Source of the DNA: Squalus acanthias
Lineage: Eukaryota
Assembly (NCBI GenBank): GCA_030390025.1
Contig: CM059431.1
Location: 94,304,001 to 94,368,000 of the forward strand
Length of the DNA stretch: 64,000 bases
Direction of reading: 5' to 3'
Under the pieces are notes generated by a model. That model saw only the letters and a program-made list of their open reading frames with translations, had not been told where the DNA came from and did not search any database. The first letter of the stretch is position 1; every line of letters begins with the position of its first letter. Both the position numbers and the translations under genes were made by a program. Positions 48,126 to 61,574 of this stretch are shown one piece after another.

Positions 48126-51100
48126 TAAGTCTAGAACCGCCCCCTCCCTTGTTGGGCTTGTTACATACTGGCTAAAAAAGTTCTCCTGAATGCATTTTAG
48201 GAATTCCGCACCCTCTATAACTTTCACACTAATTTTATCCCAGTTTATATTAGGATAGTTGAAATAATATTAGGGTAGTTGAAATCTATCTTATGTCCTT
48301 CTCAATTATTATCTTAAAGCGTATTATATTATGGTCACTATTGCCTAGATGTTCCCCTACTTTTACTTCTCTTATCTGTGCTGGTTCATTCCCCATTACT
48401 AGCTCCAATAGCAAATCCTCCCTTGTTGGGCTTTTTACATATTGGGTTAGAATGGAGTCCTGTACACATTGTAGGACCTCCATTCCCTTATCCCTTTTGC
48501 CTACCTCTTCTGTCCAATTAATATCAGGGTAGTTGAAATCCCCATGATTATTATTCTATGTTTTTTACTCATTTCCCTAATTTGTTTGCATATTTCTTCC
48601 ACCACCTCCCTTCCACTATTAGGTGGCCTGTAGACTACACCTATTAGTGTGATTGATCCGTTATTTATCTTTTATCTCTATCCACATGGATTCTATTTCT
48701 GTCTTGCTGATAGCTGCATCACCTTTTTCTACTGCCATTATGTTATCCCTAATAAGTACAGCTACTTCACCTCCCCTTTTACCCTCTCTATCTTTTCTAA
48801 ATATGTTATACCCTGCAATGTTTAATTCCCAGTCCTGATTTTTCTATAGCCATTTCTCAGTAATCCCTATTATGTCTGGTTCCTCGCAACACATGATTGC
48901 CTCCAGTTCCCCTGTTTTATTACGGACACTGTGTGCATTGTTCTACAGACAATTTAATTAATTTTTAATAGCAGTTCCTCTTACTTTATTTTTAACCAGC
49001 TTTTTACACTCCTGTTCGATAACTCTATTTATTCCCTGGCTATCAATGTCCTCCCTTACTTTATTCTTTCCTATGCTCTCCTTTCCTGTTTTGTTTATAT
49101 TTAGGCTGGTTTCATTTCTTGTAGATTCCTCCCCCATTTTACTAGGTTAAAGCCTTTGCCACATCCCTATTTACCCTTTCCGCTCAGACACGGGTCCCAT
49201 CCTGGTTCAGGTGGAGCCCGTCCCATCGGTACAGCGCCTTCCTGTTCCAGTACTGGTGCCAGTGTCCCATGAAAAGTAACCCCTCTTTCCCACACCAGTC
49301 CTTTAGCCACATGTTAATCCGACTGATCTGACTGCTTCTATGCCCATTTGCATGTGACTCAGGCAATAATCCAGAGATTATTACCCACGAGGTCCTGCTT
49401 TTTAATTTAGATCTTAACTCCTGATACTCCCTCAGCAGGACCTCCTTCCTGTTCCTACCTATGTTGTAGTTCTGACATGGACCAGGACAACTGTATTTAC
49501 CCCCCTCCCTTTCCAAATTCCTCTCCAGCTGCCACAAGATATCCCTTACCCAGGCAACAGACCCTTCGGGATTCTCATTCTTGGCTGCAGTGGACGCTAT
49601 CCATCCCCCTAATTATAGAATCCCCTATCACTACCACATTTCTATTCTGCTCTTCCCCCCCACTTGGACAGCCTTCTGAGCCACGGTGCCTTGGTCTGCA
49701 TTGTGGCTATCCTCTCCACAGCCTTTCTCCAATCCTCACAGGTAGCGAGTACATCATACCTGTTAGACAGGACCAGTGGCTGTGGGACCTCCTTCTCAAC
49801 CTCTCCTAAGTCCCCGCTACCCGGCTCCCTAACAGTCACACCCTCCTTTTCCTGAACCTGTGCTTTCCTCTGAGGTGTGACTGTATTCTGGATAAAACTA
49901 TTCAGAAATTCCTCCCCCATGGGCTCCAAGCTCTGCGCAAAGCCCCATCCAATGTTGGAGCCTGACTCCTCCATGCTCCTTGACACTGACACGAGGCTCT
50001 CTGGCAGGCTTGCCATTGCACCTAGGATTTTGGTGTGCATGTCCATCACCCTTCTTCTGAAGGCCGCCCTATCAGGGTCATCATCTGATTCATGTGCAGC
50101 AGAACTCATGCGCGAACTCGCCCTCTGAGGAGCTGGCCCCCGAGCTAACCTTTCCTCCTGGCCTTGCTGCAGCCTACTCGTACCCGGTGCCTCACCATGT
50201 GCAGATCGCGCATCTAAACTACCCTCTACATTCTGCGCAGTTCCAGTTTCTGAGCTAGTGTCTGCGAGTGTCAGATGCAGTGATGGTGTGTCTTCTTCTT
50301 CATCTCCACTCTCCTCAATGACTTGTTGGATGAGGGGGAAGCAGGATGTGAGAAGAAGGACTAGGAATGACCAGACCGTTATTGTCCCCAATGGCTTCAA
50401 CTTCACCCGTTTCCCCTCCAATGATGCCAAGCACCATCTCCTCCGGTTGGCTCAAGGCCTGTAAAGCAGTTTTGCTGCCTCCCGTCTGCCGCTGCTCCCG
50501 GCAGTTGTGAGCCACCTTGGCCTGCAAGAAAAGGGAAGTATGTCAATGATTGGGCCATAGTTGAATTTTGTCTGCCATGTGTCTGCCATAGTTGAATAGC
50601 TGTCAGTGTGTGCACGGTGTGAGATGTGTGTGTGAGTGTTGCAGCAGTGGTAAGGTTGTGAGGGTGAAGTGAAGCCATGATTGTGAGGTATGAGTGGTGA
50701 TAGGTAGAGATTGTTGGTAGGTGAGTGATGGGGTTGTGGTGCATTGAGCTGTGTGTGAAGCTTGTGGTGCAGATGGTGGGATATGGCATTTGCTGAAACC
50801 TTCACTCACCTTGACCTGCCATGTAAGGTCATTAAACTTCCTTCGGTACTGTATACAGGTCCGCGGTACGACACTTTTGGCCGTGACGTGGGCAGCTATC
50901 TCTTGCCAGAGCCTTCTGCAAGTGAGCTTTGATGGCTTTCTGCCACCCTGCGGGAACAGGACACCCTGCCTTCTCTCTACTGCCACGAGCAATGCCTCGA
51001 AAGCTGCATTTGAGAACCTTCTGGTTTGTTCTCTATGTTCCTGATGTTGTTGCTGAGCCATGTCTTCAAACTCCAATGACAATGAAGTGCTGCTGCATCA

Positions 51101-52349
51101 AAGCACCTCCCCATTAAATAGTGGAGAGGGAATCGGCCAAACATTACTGGCCATTACACTTCACCCGATATTGGCCCACCTGTTGAGCGCTAAGCCAACC
51201 TGCAGCGCATTTAGTGCTGAAACCAGCACTCAATTCATGTAAATGAGCAGGCAGCATGAATTTTGCATGCTGCCTGTACCACTTTGAATGGGCACAGGCA
51301 AATAGCGCTGGCCCACAACACCGCCCGTTTTTGGGCTATATCCAATTTCTAGGCCCATATCATTAGAAGTGAGCAGTTCACAGTTGAAAACCCCCCATTT
51401 CCCCTGAAGATTAATCCATGCCCTGTTTTCCCATGTGAAATTACAACAGTTTAAATTGCTGCTCAAGCCACTTAGAGGCTGCTCCACTATTCATTAGGCA
51501 GCAGCTACATTCTGTGTCACACAGGAAAGGGAAACCACACGTTTCAGGCATTGCCAAGTTTTTTATCACTGTTGTAAAATTATTTGCCTTAGCACTTGAT
51601 GTGCTCTTTCCTCCTGTAAGATGAAGTCATGTCATTCCAGTAAATCATTCTTCCACGCTGAAATAGTTCTGATTCTGGTCATTGCTTCAGGTAAAGTTCT
51701 TAAACTCCATTTATTATTGTATTTATAAAATGAAACTGTCCTGTTATTTAGAATGAATTCAGTTTCACACAAATCATTTTGGATGTAAGCCAATCCCCAG
51801 ACGTAAGTCATTTTATTATCAGTGACACAATGATTTGAATCCAATTAATTCTTTTATAATGGGGAATATAAGCATAAATTTCCATTTTGGTAAACTTTTT
51901 TGCATCTACAGCCCATCATTTTCCATCCACTAAAATGAATGGGTGAAAAATGATAGACTTGTGGTGTGCAGTTTCCTGATATGAGCTCCAGACCCAACAG
52001 GGGTAGGAAATGTATTTCTTTACTGGATTACTTCAATAAGCTGCTGTATTTTCAGAACCTTTTTGTATCTATGTGCGATTATAAATGATTACATAAATTT
52101 ATGCTGGTACCTATCAGCTAAATGCTCACAGACCCACTTTATCTGCATTAGTTTTGATGAATCGGTTCACAAGTTTTGAGTGAAATTCCTTTGTTTGTTA
52201 TTTTGATAAATCATTAATGCATATTATTTGTGAACCCACGATCTTGGAAAGTATTTTCAGGCACCCGAATGTGCAACTACCCCATTCAAATCTGATAACT
52301 GCCTGTTCATATCAACTGGCGGCTTAACAGACCCGGAGAAAGAAATAAT

Positions 52350-53044
52350 GGCCCAGATTTTGTTGAAAAGTAACGTTTTCTGAACGACGCACACTGTTAT
52401 TAATGTACAAATCGGCCAGCAACTTGTGGCAAGGATGAGGTACCCCATGAATTGCGAATCGCCATGCTGGCCGATTTGTGCCACTCTGCCATTAGATTCA
52501 TGAAAATGGAATCTCACACTTAACCTCCGTGTGATTTTCATGAAGTTGTTGCATTTGCACTTTAATTGTCCATTAATTACCCTTTTAACGATGTGATAAT
52601 TGTGAATGACTGCCAATCAACTTCTCTTGCCCAGAAAGTGTGGAGACTCATTCGTTCAGGTTGTGAATTGTTTTAGGAGATTTAAAAAATATCAAAAAAT
52701 GTCTTACTTTTTGTTTATGTCTCTTTTCTCTCTCCTCTCTTAATCCAATATTTCTTTCTCTCTATTTCTATTTCTGTACTTGATTTGGCATTGAATTCAC
52801 TCACTCCAATTCACCTTCCTTCTCAATTCTTTCTCTGTTTTTTTCTTAATCCTTAAATCACATTGGTTAAGGAGATACACTGTTTGTCCCATTGTTCACC
52901 GAGGTCCCAGATGCCCTGTTGCCCTCACTGCACCGTTATCAGATCGCACATCCAGTAACTTTGTGGACAAAAGTTTTTAAAACCTAAGCGTGCACAAACA
53001 AGTCTAACTAACAGAGCATGGCCCACTCCAGCAAATTCTGGGCT
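52350..53044. mobile_element. Old non-autonomous Harbinger-like MITE
   Basis: GGCCCAGATTTTGTTG and CAGCAAATTCTGGGCT termini; non-coding interior. Confidence 0.6.
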
Positions 53045-53282
53045 ACTGTATCAATGCAATGCAGAAATCCAAAGAGAAATGTTGCTAATCTTGTGGAGAA
53101 AAGAACGATGAATGGTCTAGACTAGCTGTGGTTCATGATTATCTCTGGCTCAGTGTAAAGCTCATAGTAATCTCCATTAATCTTGTCTTGGTTGTTTGGA
53201 GTGGATGCTCAATATTATTTAGTTATTTCTTGATAATGTGCTTGTTGTAAAAGACTCATGCAGAATCATAGCAAAATAAAGA

Positions 53283-53700
53283 AAGAACTTGTACTTATAG
53301 AGCATCTTTCATGACCTCCGGACATCCCAAAGTGCTTCTCAACTAATTAAGTACCTTTGAAGTGTAGTCACTGTGGTAATGTAGGGAAATGTGGCAGTCA
53401 ATTTGTGCACAGCAGGATCCCACAAACAGTAATAAGATAAATGACCAGCTAATCTGCTCTAATGATGTTGGTTTGGCGATAAATATTGGCCAGCTCAAGA
53501 AAAGAACTCCCTCCTCTTCTTCAAATAGTGTCACGGGATATTTTACATCGATCTGCGAGGGCAGAATGTCCTGGTTTAACATCTCATCCTAAAGACGCCA
53601 CCTCTAATAATACAGCACTCCCTCAGTAGTGCACTGAAGTGTCGGCCTGGAGTGGAACTTTAACCCACAACCTCCTGACCCAGAGTCATGTACGAGTGCT
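53283..53700 (-). mobile_element. DeuSINE (SacSINE1-like)
   Basis: Deu-domain-like core at about 53540-53650 (recognised from memory of AmnSINE1/SacSINE1), a degenerate tRNA head and a ...AAGTTCTT tail. A related tail fragment lies at about 14665-14720. Confidence 0.75.
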
Positions 53701-53984
53701 TGTATTAGATTCCCCTGTATGTTCTATATCTAGTACAGAGTTAATACAATGAAGCTCAAATACAAATACTTAATACACATTTCTATTTGTAGTATTTTTA
53801 GACAGATGTTTAGCATGTTTATTTTGCTTAGATCAAATCTGTGAAAAGAATAGAATAAACAGCGGATTCTAATACAAGCACTTGTACACGAGCTTTGCTA
53901 ATCAACATTTCTACCCTGTCTTCTGGAGTGTCACAGACAGCGTGCATTAACAGAAGTGATGTTACCCACAAGATAAGCTTGGAA

Positions 53985-54450
53985 CCATAGAAGTTTACAG
54001 CACAGAAGAACACCATACGGCCCATCGTGTCTGTGCCGGCTCTTGCCTAGCACAATCCAAAACCAATCTCACTGCTCTACTATCTCCCCATAGTCCTCTA
54101 TCTTCATCTGCTTAAAATGTTAATCCACTTTTGCTTTAAATAATGCAATAGTCTTTGCCTCAACCATTGCCTGTGGCTCTCTCTACCGAAATAAATTTCT
54201 CCTAACCTCTCTCTTTAATCTCTTAGTGACAATTTTAAATTGATCAGCCCTCATTTGATTCCCTAATCAGAATCAATGGCCTTTCCCTATTTACCCTATC
54301 GAAAGCATTCATAATTTTATAAACCTCGATTACATCTCCTCTAACCTTCTCTGCAGTGAAAATAGTCCCAGTATCTCAAATCTTTCCTCATAATTATAGT
54401 TTTTCATCCCGGTATGATTCTAGTCAATCCATGCTTTTTTGCTTTAACGA
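53985..54450 (-). mobile_element. Old CR1 3' fragment
   Basis: Tail catagaagtttacagcacagaa and a degenerate RT C-terminus. Confidence 0.7.
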
Positions 54451-54873
54451 CCTTTCAATAATTTCCAGTAATGTCTTTGTGTTCAGTTCCAAGCATAAGT
54501 CTTCCACTTCCCTACAAGAATGAAGGCAAAATAGAATAAATGTTTCCATTCACCAACAGCTCTTCAGTGTTGGAAGGCTGGGATCAACTCTCAAATTCAT
54601 AGTCTAGAATCAGGAAAGATTTGTGGTGTAGGGAGACCTAAAGGGACAAAGAAGGGGACAAAAGAATGTAATAATTTATAAAAATACCTGCTAGTTATGA
54701 CAAAGTAGATGGTGCCAAATGAATACAACAAATGGCTAATATATAATGGGGTAGAATTTCCACGGTGGTTCACCTACCTCTTGTGGTAACTTTGGCAGAA
54801 GATTGGCAGAAACAGCGGAGAAAGGGCAGGAGATCGAGAGAAACCGAATGGGGGAATATTTTAAAGATATGTT

Positions 54874-55829
54874 TGTTAGAGATGGGCTTCTTATTTATAA
54901 CTTAATCCTCAAATCAATAAGGTTTTTATACATTGAGTATCAGGTATCCCAGATTTATTAAGTATACAATACATGTAGTAGCACTTAAACATACACTTAA
55001 AAGTTAATACTTACACCCAGACCTAATGATGGTTGGTTGGGAATTCAAACATGTTACATTTCTGAGCTCAGTATCTTTAGGCCTTTCCGAATATAAATGC
55101 TTATTACGAACAGTTAGTTTTTATACATTTCTCTTACTCCCGCCATGTGACAATCCACAGTTCTGCATTACATAATTATATAAAAGTCAAAATACAATTC
55201 CTTACAAGGAGAATTTAATTGTCTTAACCCTTATCAATAACTTTACTTTTCCTTACTTAACAAGCTAATTGTTCCATAGACTCCCTTATTTAGTTATCTT
55301 ATCGATAGTTTCACTTGCTACATATAATTGCTATTCAACCAGGTGTAACTTTAATTAAATGTCTGTCTTTGATTATATATTATTTCATACTAATCCCCTG
55401 CCTTTACAGAAACACCAATTTTAAAAAATGACGTTAAATCAGAAATTTTCCTTTGCAGAACTAACTGTTTTTCCTGCACTTGTTTATCAGCTGATTATAG
55501 TTCTCTGAAATATATGAATCAGTAAGCACTATCATGTCATTTAATTAGGTTTACTGAAGTGACTAAGCTGATCATTGCATTAAAATCAGTCCTCACTCAA
55601 TAACCCAGTGTACTTTAAATTGACTTAAACTTCTCTGGTTAACAGGCAAAGGCTAAAAGTTACTGTTACTACAATATAAAGAGAAACCAATAGCAGTATA
55701 ACATTAGCAAACTTAAGGACAGTCAGATTAACTCTTTCCTTACATATTGACCTGAAGTTTATTTTGAGCACTAACCCGGAGTGGAGTTACAGACAAATTT
55801 CTTATCCCACTGGCTGTGTTTGACTCTAA
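54874..55829 (-). mobile_element. Possible solo LTR (AT-rich)
   Basis: TGTTAGAG...CTCTAA termini and AATAAA on the minus strand near 54955. No TSD seen. Confidence 0.3.
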
Positions 55830-58800
55830 GGGGATAATTTTAACCCCAAAGAAAAGGTGGGTTTGGGGCAGGAGTGTAAGATGCATCACCCTGCAAAGTA
55901 AAATGAGGGAGAAGTGACGTGCAATGCCGATTTAACGTCACCACGGCGAACTTGGAGCTTTGTGCTGAGTTCAGCGCTGGGCCCTAAGCTTGCCATATAA
56001 ACTCAGCATGCAAGCAGGCTCACAGAGGCACTGTCAGGACCTCATAAAAGGACACATGCATCTTTCAGGTAAGTTTGCATTTAAGCTTTTGGACTGGTGT
56101 TTGGTGTTTGGTTTCCTCGTCCTTACAAGGGTTCTTTGACTCTGGGTTTTACAGGAACAAAATGGTAGACGACACAAAGGTTTAGGTTCAACCCAAAACT
56201 GTTAGTTTATTAAAACCAACAAAACACAGACAAATACCTGTTGAGATTTGGCTGAAACTTACAATCACCCATCCGGCCGGTCGTTACCGTTGTGGATTGT
56301 AGGCCTGGATCGGAGATGACCTGTCCCCATCCTCCTTTATCTGACTGCAGCTGCCTACACAGTGCAAACCCCTTGTAGAGTCAACTGATACTTACAATCA
56401 CCCGTCCAAATGGTCGTAGCCGACGTTGATTGCAGGCTCGGAGCTGGAGATGACCGTCTTCCCTTCCTTCTTACACCTGGCAGTTGCTGTAGTCAGAGCT
56501 AGCTTCCGAGAGAGAGATTCCGAGAGAGAGCTTCCCAGAGAGGGAGAGAGAGAGAGAACTGTGGTGTGGTTCCTTCTTGTAGTTCTTTTAGTCACCTGCC
56601 CCCATGCTGGGCCTCCCCCAACCAGTTTCGGTTGTCAGTTTGCTAAACAGTCCGACATTCATACCTCGTCAACCTGTAATCCAATCACCGGAGGTGTACA
56701 GAATTGTGAGATCGAAGATAACTCCTTATCTCCTCTCCCGCTTTCTGTAACGCATATTCAATGTGATTTCTATTACTGTTGATGGGCGGTTGGCTGATTG
56801 TCTGCTCGGGACTCGTGTATCTTCCATTCATGTCAGGAAGTCAATCGTGACCCCCATTGTTTCAGTTAAACTCAGAGCATTGTCCAGATGTTAATTTTTC
56901 CCATCAAAACCAATCATGATTCAAGGCCTCACAGTTCAATGTCAATGTCCTTTTCAGAGTTAATCATGAGTCAAAGCTTTCATTGTCCAGTATCAATGTG
57001 TTCTCCAAAAACTGCAGACTTTGATGACTGGCACCTTTTCTGTGCCTTGAAGTTTAACCATTTCATGCCCTTACCACTGGGCCAAACAGGCTTTCAGCAT
57101 TTTGCTATTGTACTGGGTTTTTTTGAAATCGACATTGTTTTTTTTTATTTTACTGAAGTCGTGGCTTGCTGCAATAGATGTTAAAAGTTTTTTAAGTGTG
57201 TATGGATTACTGCTGGATGCTTGCAAGGCCTCGGATGGTAAAGGAAGGACTCTGAGAAGACAGAAAAAGCTGCAAATACTCAGCAGGTCAGGCAACATCC
57301 ATGGAGAGTGCAACAGAGATCACGTCTCAGGTCAAGATGCTACCTGACCTGCTGTGTATTTCCAGCATTTTATGCTGTCTTTTCAGATTTACAGCATCCA
57401 TGCCCAGAGGGAAGAGGAAGATGCAGAAGAGGACGAAACAGAAGAGGAGGAAGCAGGAGAGGGGGAAACAGAAGAGGAGAAAGCTGAAGAGGAGGAAGCA
57501 GAAGGAAGAATGCAACCCAGACAGCCTCATTCTGGCTGGGATATCCGGGATGGAATTATCTACCTGCGGTCCCAGTGACCACAACCCCAATTCTCCTTTC
57601 AACACCTTACCTTCCCTCTGTTACTGACTATCACTGCGTCCTCTTGGCCACAATGCTGAAATAAAAGCCAACACAAAACAAAATTTCCAATCCAACATTA
57701 TACATCTATCTTTATACATCTTAATACATCTTAATATGACATCAAGAAATGAACTCATCAACCTTATGCATTCTGTTAGTGACTGTCTTGTGTGTGCCTT
57801 TGCCTATCCTCGTGATGTCACGCAGTGCTACCCCAGTGCTGCAGCATGGCTGGTGGAAGTCTGCTGACTTTCAGTGGGGTTCACTGCAAATGGCCTTGCA
57901 GGACGACCTTGAGGAGCTGGTGGTTGGGAGTGTCAAATCAAGTGATGGTGTTTCTTCTTCTTCATCTTCTTCTTCACTCTCCTCTCCCTCGACTTGGCCA
58001 ACCACTGGCTGGGCAGGCTGTATTTCTTGGGTGTGTGAAATGAGGAAACCACAAGGGTAGAGTTGTGGTGAGGGGAGGGCGGGAAAGGAACAGGTGCATG
58101 CCAGAAGTTGGCTAACCTATGAGGATATCAGCATCTTGTATCCTTTCTGCCCCGCTGCTGGCCAAGGGCTCAGCCATGCCTCTGCCAAGAATGGCCAGCA
58201 ACGGGGTGAGGTGAAGCTAGGAATGGGAAGTGTACAGATTGTTGGTAGGTGAGTGATTTGGGGGGTGGGGGCAGTCATGCATTGAGCAGTGTATGAGGCT
58301 AATGCTGCAGTTGGTAGGAGACAGCTTTTGAAGATGCATTCACTGACCTTGACCAGTGGTCTGAGGTCATGAATCTACTTTGGGCACTGGAGCCAGGTGG
58401 TGCTGGCAGTGACGGCCTCAGTGATCTGGGCCCACGTTGTTCTTTCTGAAGGGCCTCCTGGCCCCTGTGGGTAGAGGACCTCTCTTGCAGTGTTGACCCC
58501 CTGCACAAAGCTGGAGTGCTACGTGCAAGACCCTGGTTTGCTGAGCCATTTGTGTTAGTGCTGAAGCACTTTTCCCATTTTTTGAGGTTCGGAAGGGAAT
58601 TCAACTCTAAGTGTCGAAGACTCCCATTTGGGACTTCTTTTTAATGTTACTTTTTTAAAAGGCAGTAAGGGCTAAAAGCTGCATTTTTGTTACTTCATTT
58701 TAATTTTTATTAGTTCTGATTTAAATTTCCCACAATGCCTAGCGAATTCCATAGCTTCGCTTCCAGAGGCTGTTAGAAGCTGGAACGCCGCTTCAGGACG

Positions 58801-58981
58801 GGAACTTCGACTCCCATGCCTGCACTAATGCCACCAGGAGGGCGTTACATGGTAAGTTAGCGCTGGGCTACAAATCTTTAGCCCCCAGCGCAAATTTTTC
58901 CCTGCTTCCATTTTCAACGGCCGTTAACCCGAGTTTCTGGTGACAGCGGCAACTCTTGTGGTGGCCACGAATTTTTCCCCC
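55830..58981 (+). mobile_element. Heavily deleted Harbinger remnant containing a solo LTR
   Basis: GGGGATAATTTT and AATTTTTCCCCC ends, an acidic transposase tail at about 57400-57560, and Myb remnants at 57770-58550 similar to 6240-6420. Confidence 0.65.
56147..57076 (-). mobile_element. Solo LTR-like insertion (930 bp)
   Basis: 5-bp TSD CTGGG (56142 and 57077). The minus strand starts with TG and has AATAAA about 60 bp from its 3' end. Internal diverged duplication at about 56257 and 56390. Confidence 0.6.
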
Positions 58982-59111
58982 TTTGTGTTTAAACCCAAAG
59001 CCTCTCCTCTATCATGGACTATTCAGCCTCTCTTCCCTGATGCACTGTTCAATCTCTGCTCCTTGGTAACCTCAACCTTTCCTCTCTGATGCACTGTTCA
59101 AGTGTTCTCTG

Positions 59112-59445
59112 CTGTGTTGCTCAGTCTCTCCTCTCTCTGATGTGTTGCTCAGTCTCTCCTCTCTCTGATGTGTTGCTCAGTCTCTCCTCTCTCGGATGTG
59201 TTGCTCAGTCTCTCCTCTCTCTGATGTGTTGCTCAGTCTCTCCTCTCTCTGATGTGTTGCTCAGTCTCTCCTCTCTCTGATGTGTTGCTCAGTCTCTCCT
59301 CTCTCTGATGTGTTGCTCAGTCTCTCCTCTCTCGGATGTGTTGCTCAGTCTCTCCTCTCTCCGATGTGTTGCTCAGTCTCTCCTCTCTCTGATGTGTTGC
59401 TCAGTCTCTCCTCTCCGATGAGCTGCTCAGTCTCTTCTCTCTGAT
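59112..59445. repeat. 28-bp minisatellite (TGATGTGTTGCTCAGTCTCTCCTCTCTC)n, about 12 copies
   Basis: Direct tandem repeat. Confidence 0.95.
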
Positions 59446-59639
59446 GCAATGTGCAATTGTTTTAAAAAATGTTAATGCAATAAAAAAATTGATCTTTGGT
59501 GTCAATTTTGTTTTATTCATTGCTCTCAGCTCTAAAACTAACCTTGCTCTGCACTCAGAACCCATGCAATCTGGAAAATCGTCAAAAGCTGCTGCATTGA
59601 AGGTCTGCAAAGACTGCCTGGCCTTTGCTGTGAGAGGAC

Positions 59640-60092
59640 CTGGAGGCAAAATGAGCGGCAGCAACCCTAAGTCTGCTCCCAGATATTTTTTGCACCACCA
59701 CCACTCATATTATTCCACTTCTTCTTCTTCCACCACCACCACCACCACCACCACGTAACAGTAACCTGCAGCCGATAGTCAGCTATCCAAATGTGCTCCC
59801 GCCAGGTTTCACATTTGTGGTTCAGAACAGGCGTGCTTCACGTAGAAAAAGGGTTAAAATCACAAAGGTCTTTCAAAATGGCATTATAGAGGCAATTTAG
59901 TGCTTGTTAAGGGCCTTAACAGCCTATCCCGGCTCTTAGAGGCGGGACGGAGTCGGGACCAGCAGACACGATTTAATGAAAATTGCATGGAGGCGGGATG
60001 GAGGCGGGCTTGTGCCCGCCCGCCAGTTTTCACAATTTTAACCCCCCACACGCCTCCAAACCCACCTCCACGGGTCAATGAAAATTCTGCCC
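59640..60092 (-). mobile_element. Harbinger terminal fragment (transposase-side end)
   Basis: GGAGGCGGG subterminal motifs and an AAAATTCTGCCC terminus, similar to 23800-24033. Confidence 0.6.
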
Positions 60093-60494
60093 TATGTGTG
60101 TGAAAAAGTTAGACTGAAAGTACAATGAGACACAGGCTTCTCATTGGGGAATGTCAAGCATTCCATAACTGCAGGAGAGCAAAAAAAGTACAAAGAAGTG
60201 CAGTTTGCAACAGTGGTGAACTTAGAAATGACTGAAGGAAACGTGTAAGCTGAAGCGTGAGATTTATTTTCTACGGAAACCCAAGGGGAAGTTCTGAAAA
60301 ATTTTCATTTTGAATTTTCATTTGGAGCCTATTCTGACATTTTGGAGCCTCTGTAATTCTGCTTTTTAACCAAAAATAGTTTCTCCCAGAAGGATTACAG
60401 ACATTAGCAATATGAAACTAAAAGTAGTTGTAGGGACAGGAATTCAACTTTACCGGGTTCAGTAAATCTGATCCCAGATATATAGGGACAGAGG

Positions 60495-61555
60495 CGCATA
60501 GGAACAGGAGTAGGCCATTCAGCCCCTTGAACCTGTTCCTCCATTCAATGAGTTCATGGCTGATCTGTATCTTAACTCCATCTACCCGCCTTGGTTCTGT
60601 AACCCTGAATACCCCTGCCTAACAAAAAATGATCAATCTCAGTTTTGAAATTTTCAATTGACCTAGCCTCCACAGCTTTTTGAGGGAGAGAGTTACAGAT
60701 CTCCACCACCCTTTTTGTGAACAGGTGCTTCCTGACATGGTGAGCAGTTAAAATGTGGCTCCATTTTAACTCCACAAGTTTTGGCAGCGGTTTAGGCTCC
60801 CACTGGAGTCCAGCGTGAGCCTCATTAATAAATGCAAACTGGGGTACCATGACGGACATGGGACCCGATAGTATTTTAACCCACAGGCAAGAGAGGTGCC
60901 CCGTTGGGATGCCAGTGAGCCCCTCTGAGATAAACAAACTTTCCTTAGTGGGATCAAAAGGAACAAAGTGCTCCTCCAGGCCCCATAAGGAAAGTCTGAG
61001 CCTCTGCTGCACCAGGCTCCATCCACACTCATCCGCAAGGATCAGTGCTTGGGCCTCAGCTATTTACAATCTATATTAATAACTTAGATGAAGGGACTGA
61101 GTGTAACGTATCCAAGTTTGCTGATGATACAAAGTTAGGTGGGAAAGTAAGCTGTGAGGAGGACGCAAAGAGACTGCAGAGAGATATAGACAAGTTGATT
61201 GAGTGGGCAAGAATATGGCAAATGGAATACAATGTGGGAAGTGTGAAGTTATCCACTTTGGTAGGAAAAACAAAAAAAGCAGAATATATTTTGAATGGTG
61301 ACATAATGGGAAATGTTTGCACTCAGAGGGACCTGGGTGTCCTTGTACATGAATCACAGAAAGTTAACATGCAGGTATAGCAAGCAAATAGGAAAGCAAA
61401 TGAGTCAGAGAGTCATAGAGTCATAATGGCACAGAAGGAGACCATTCAGCCCATCGAGTCCGGGCCGGCTCTCTGTAGAGCAATCCAGTCAGTCCCATTC
61501 ACCCGCTCTATCCCCGTAGCCCTGCAAGTTTATTTCCCTCAAGTGCCCATCCAGT
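60495..61555. mobile_element. Three short CR1 fragments (60495-60740 on -, 61040-61400 on +, 61405-61555 on -)
   Basis: 3' UTRs and tails, and an LGPQLFTIYIN..FADD segment. Confidence 0.8.
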
Positions 61556-61574
61556 CTCCCCTTGAAAACATTGA

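Larger units (their letters stand above)
41835..48285 (-). mobile_element. CR1 ORF2 fragment (EN end and linker) split by two Harbingers (41835-42208, 45440-45685, 48126-48285)
   Basis: PTREGAVLDL, ASDHNSVRF and APWMSRDIQ pieces are colinear across the insertions. Confidence 0.85.
27100..49917 (-). mobile_element. Old near-full-length CR1 split into 27100-29328 (RT and 3' end) and 48290-49917 (EN and ORF1 esterase)
   Basis: SDHNIIRFKIIIEKDI|SMMKTRVIDWRKADF is continuous. CTTA is duplicated at 29325 and 48290. Confidence 0.8.
26015..51357 (+). mobile_element. Old Harbinger split by a 22.8-kb nested stack (pieces 26015-27099 and 49918-51357)
   Basis: Transposase C-terminus (CCMLHN) at 26015-26320. 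The two halves of Myb exon 3 join as in the 6850-6900 paralog. Exon 1 starts at about 51061 and the TIR-like end is AATTTCTAGGCCC. Confidence 0.8.

Noticed and set aside
49642..50430. 262-aa ORF as a novel protein
   Set aside because: It is a chance read-through of a Harbinger intron and exon 3 into the CR1 ORF1 remnant across the 49917 junction.
53820..53980. Possible terminal exon after TTTTGCTTAG
   Set aside because: Only about 13 codons precede a stop and there is no recognisable homology.
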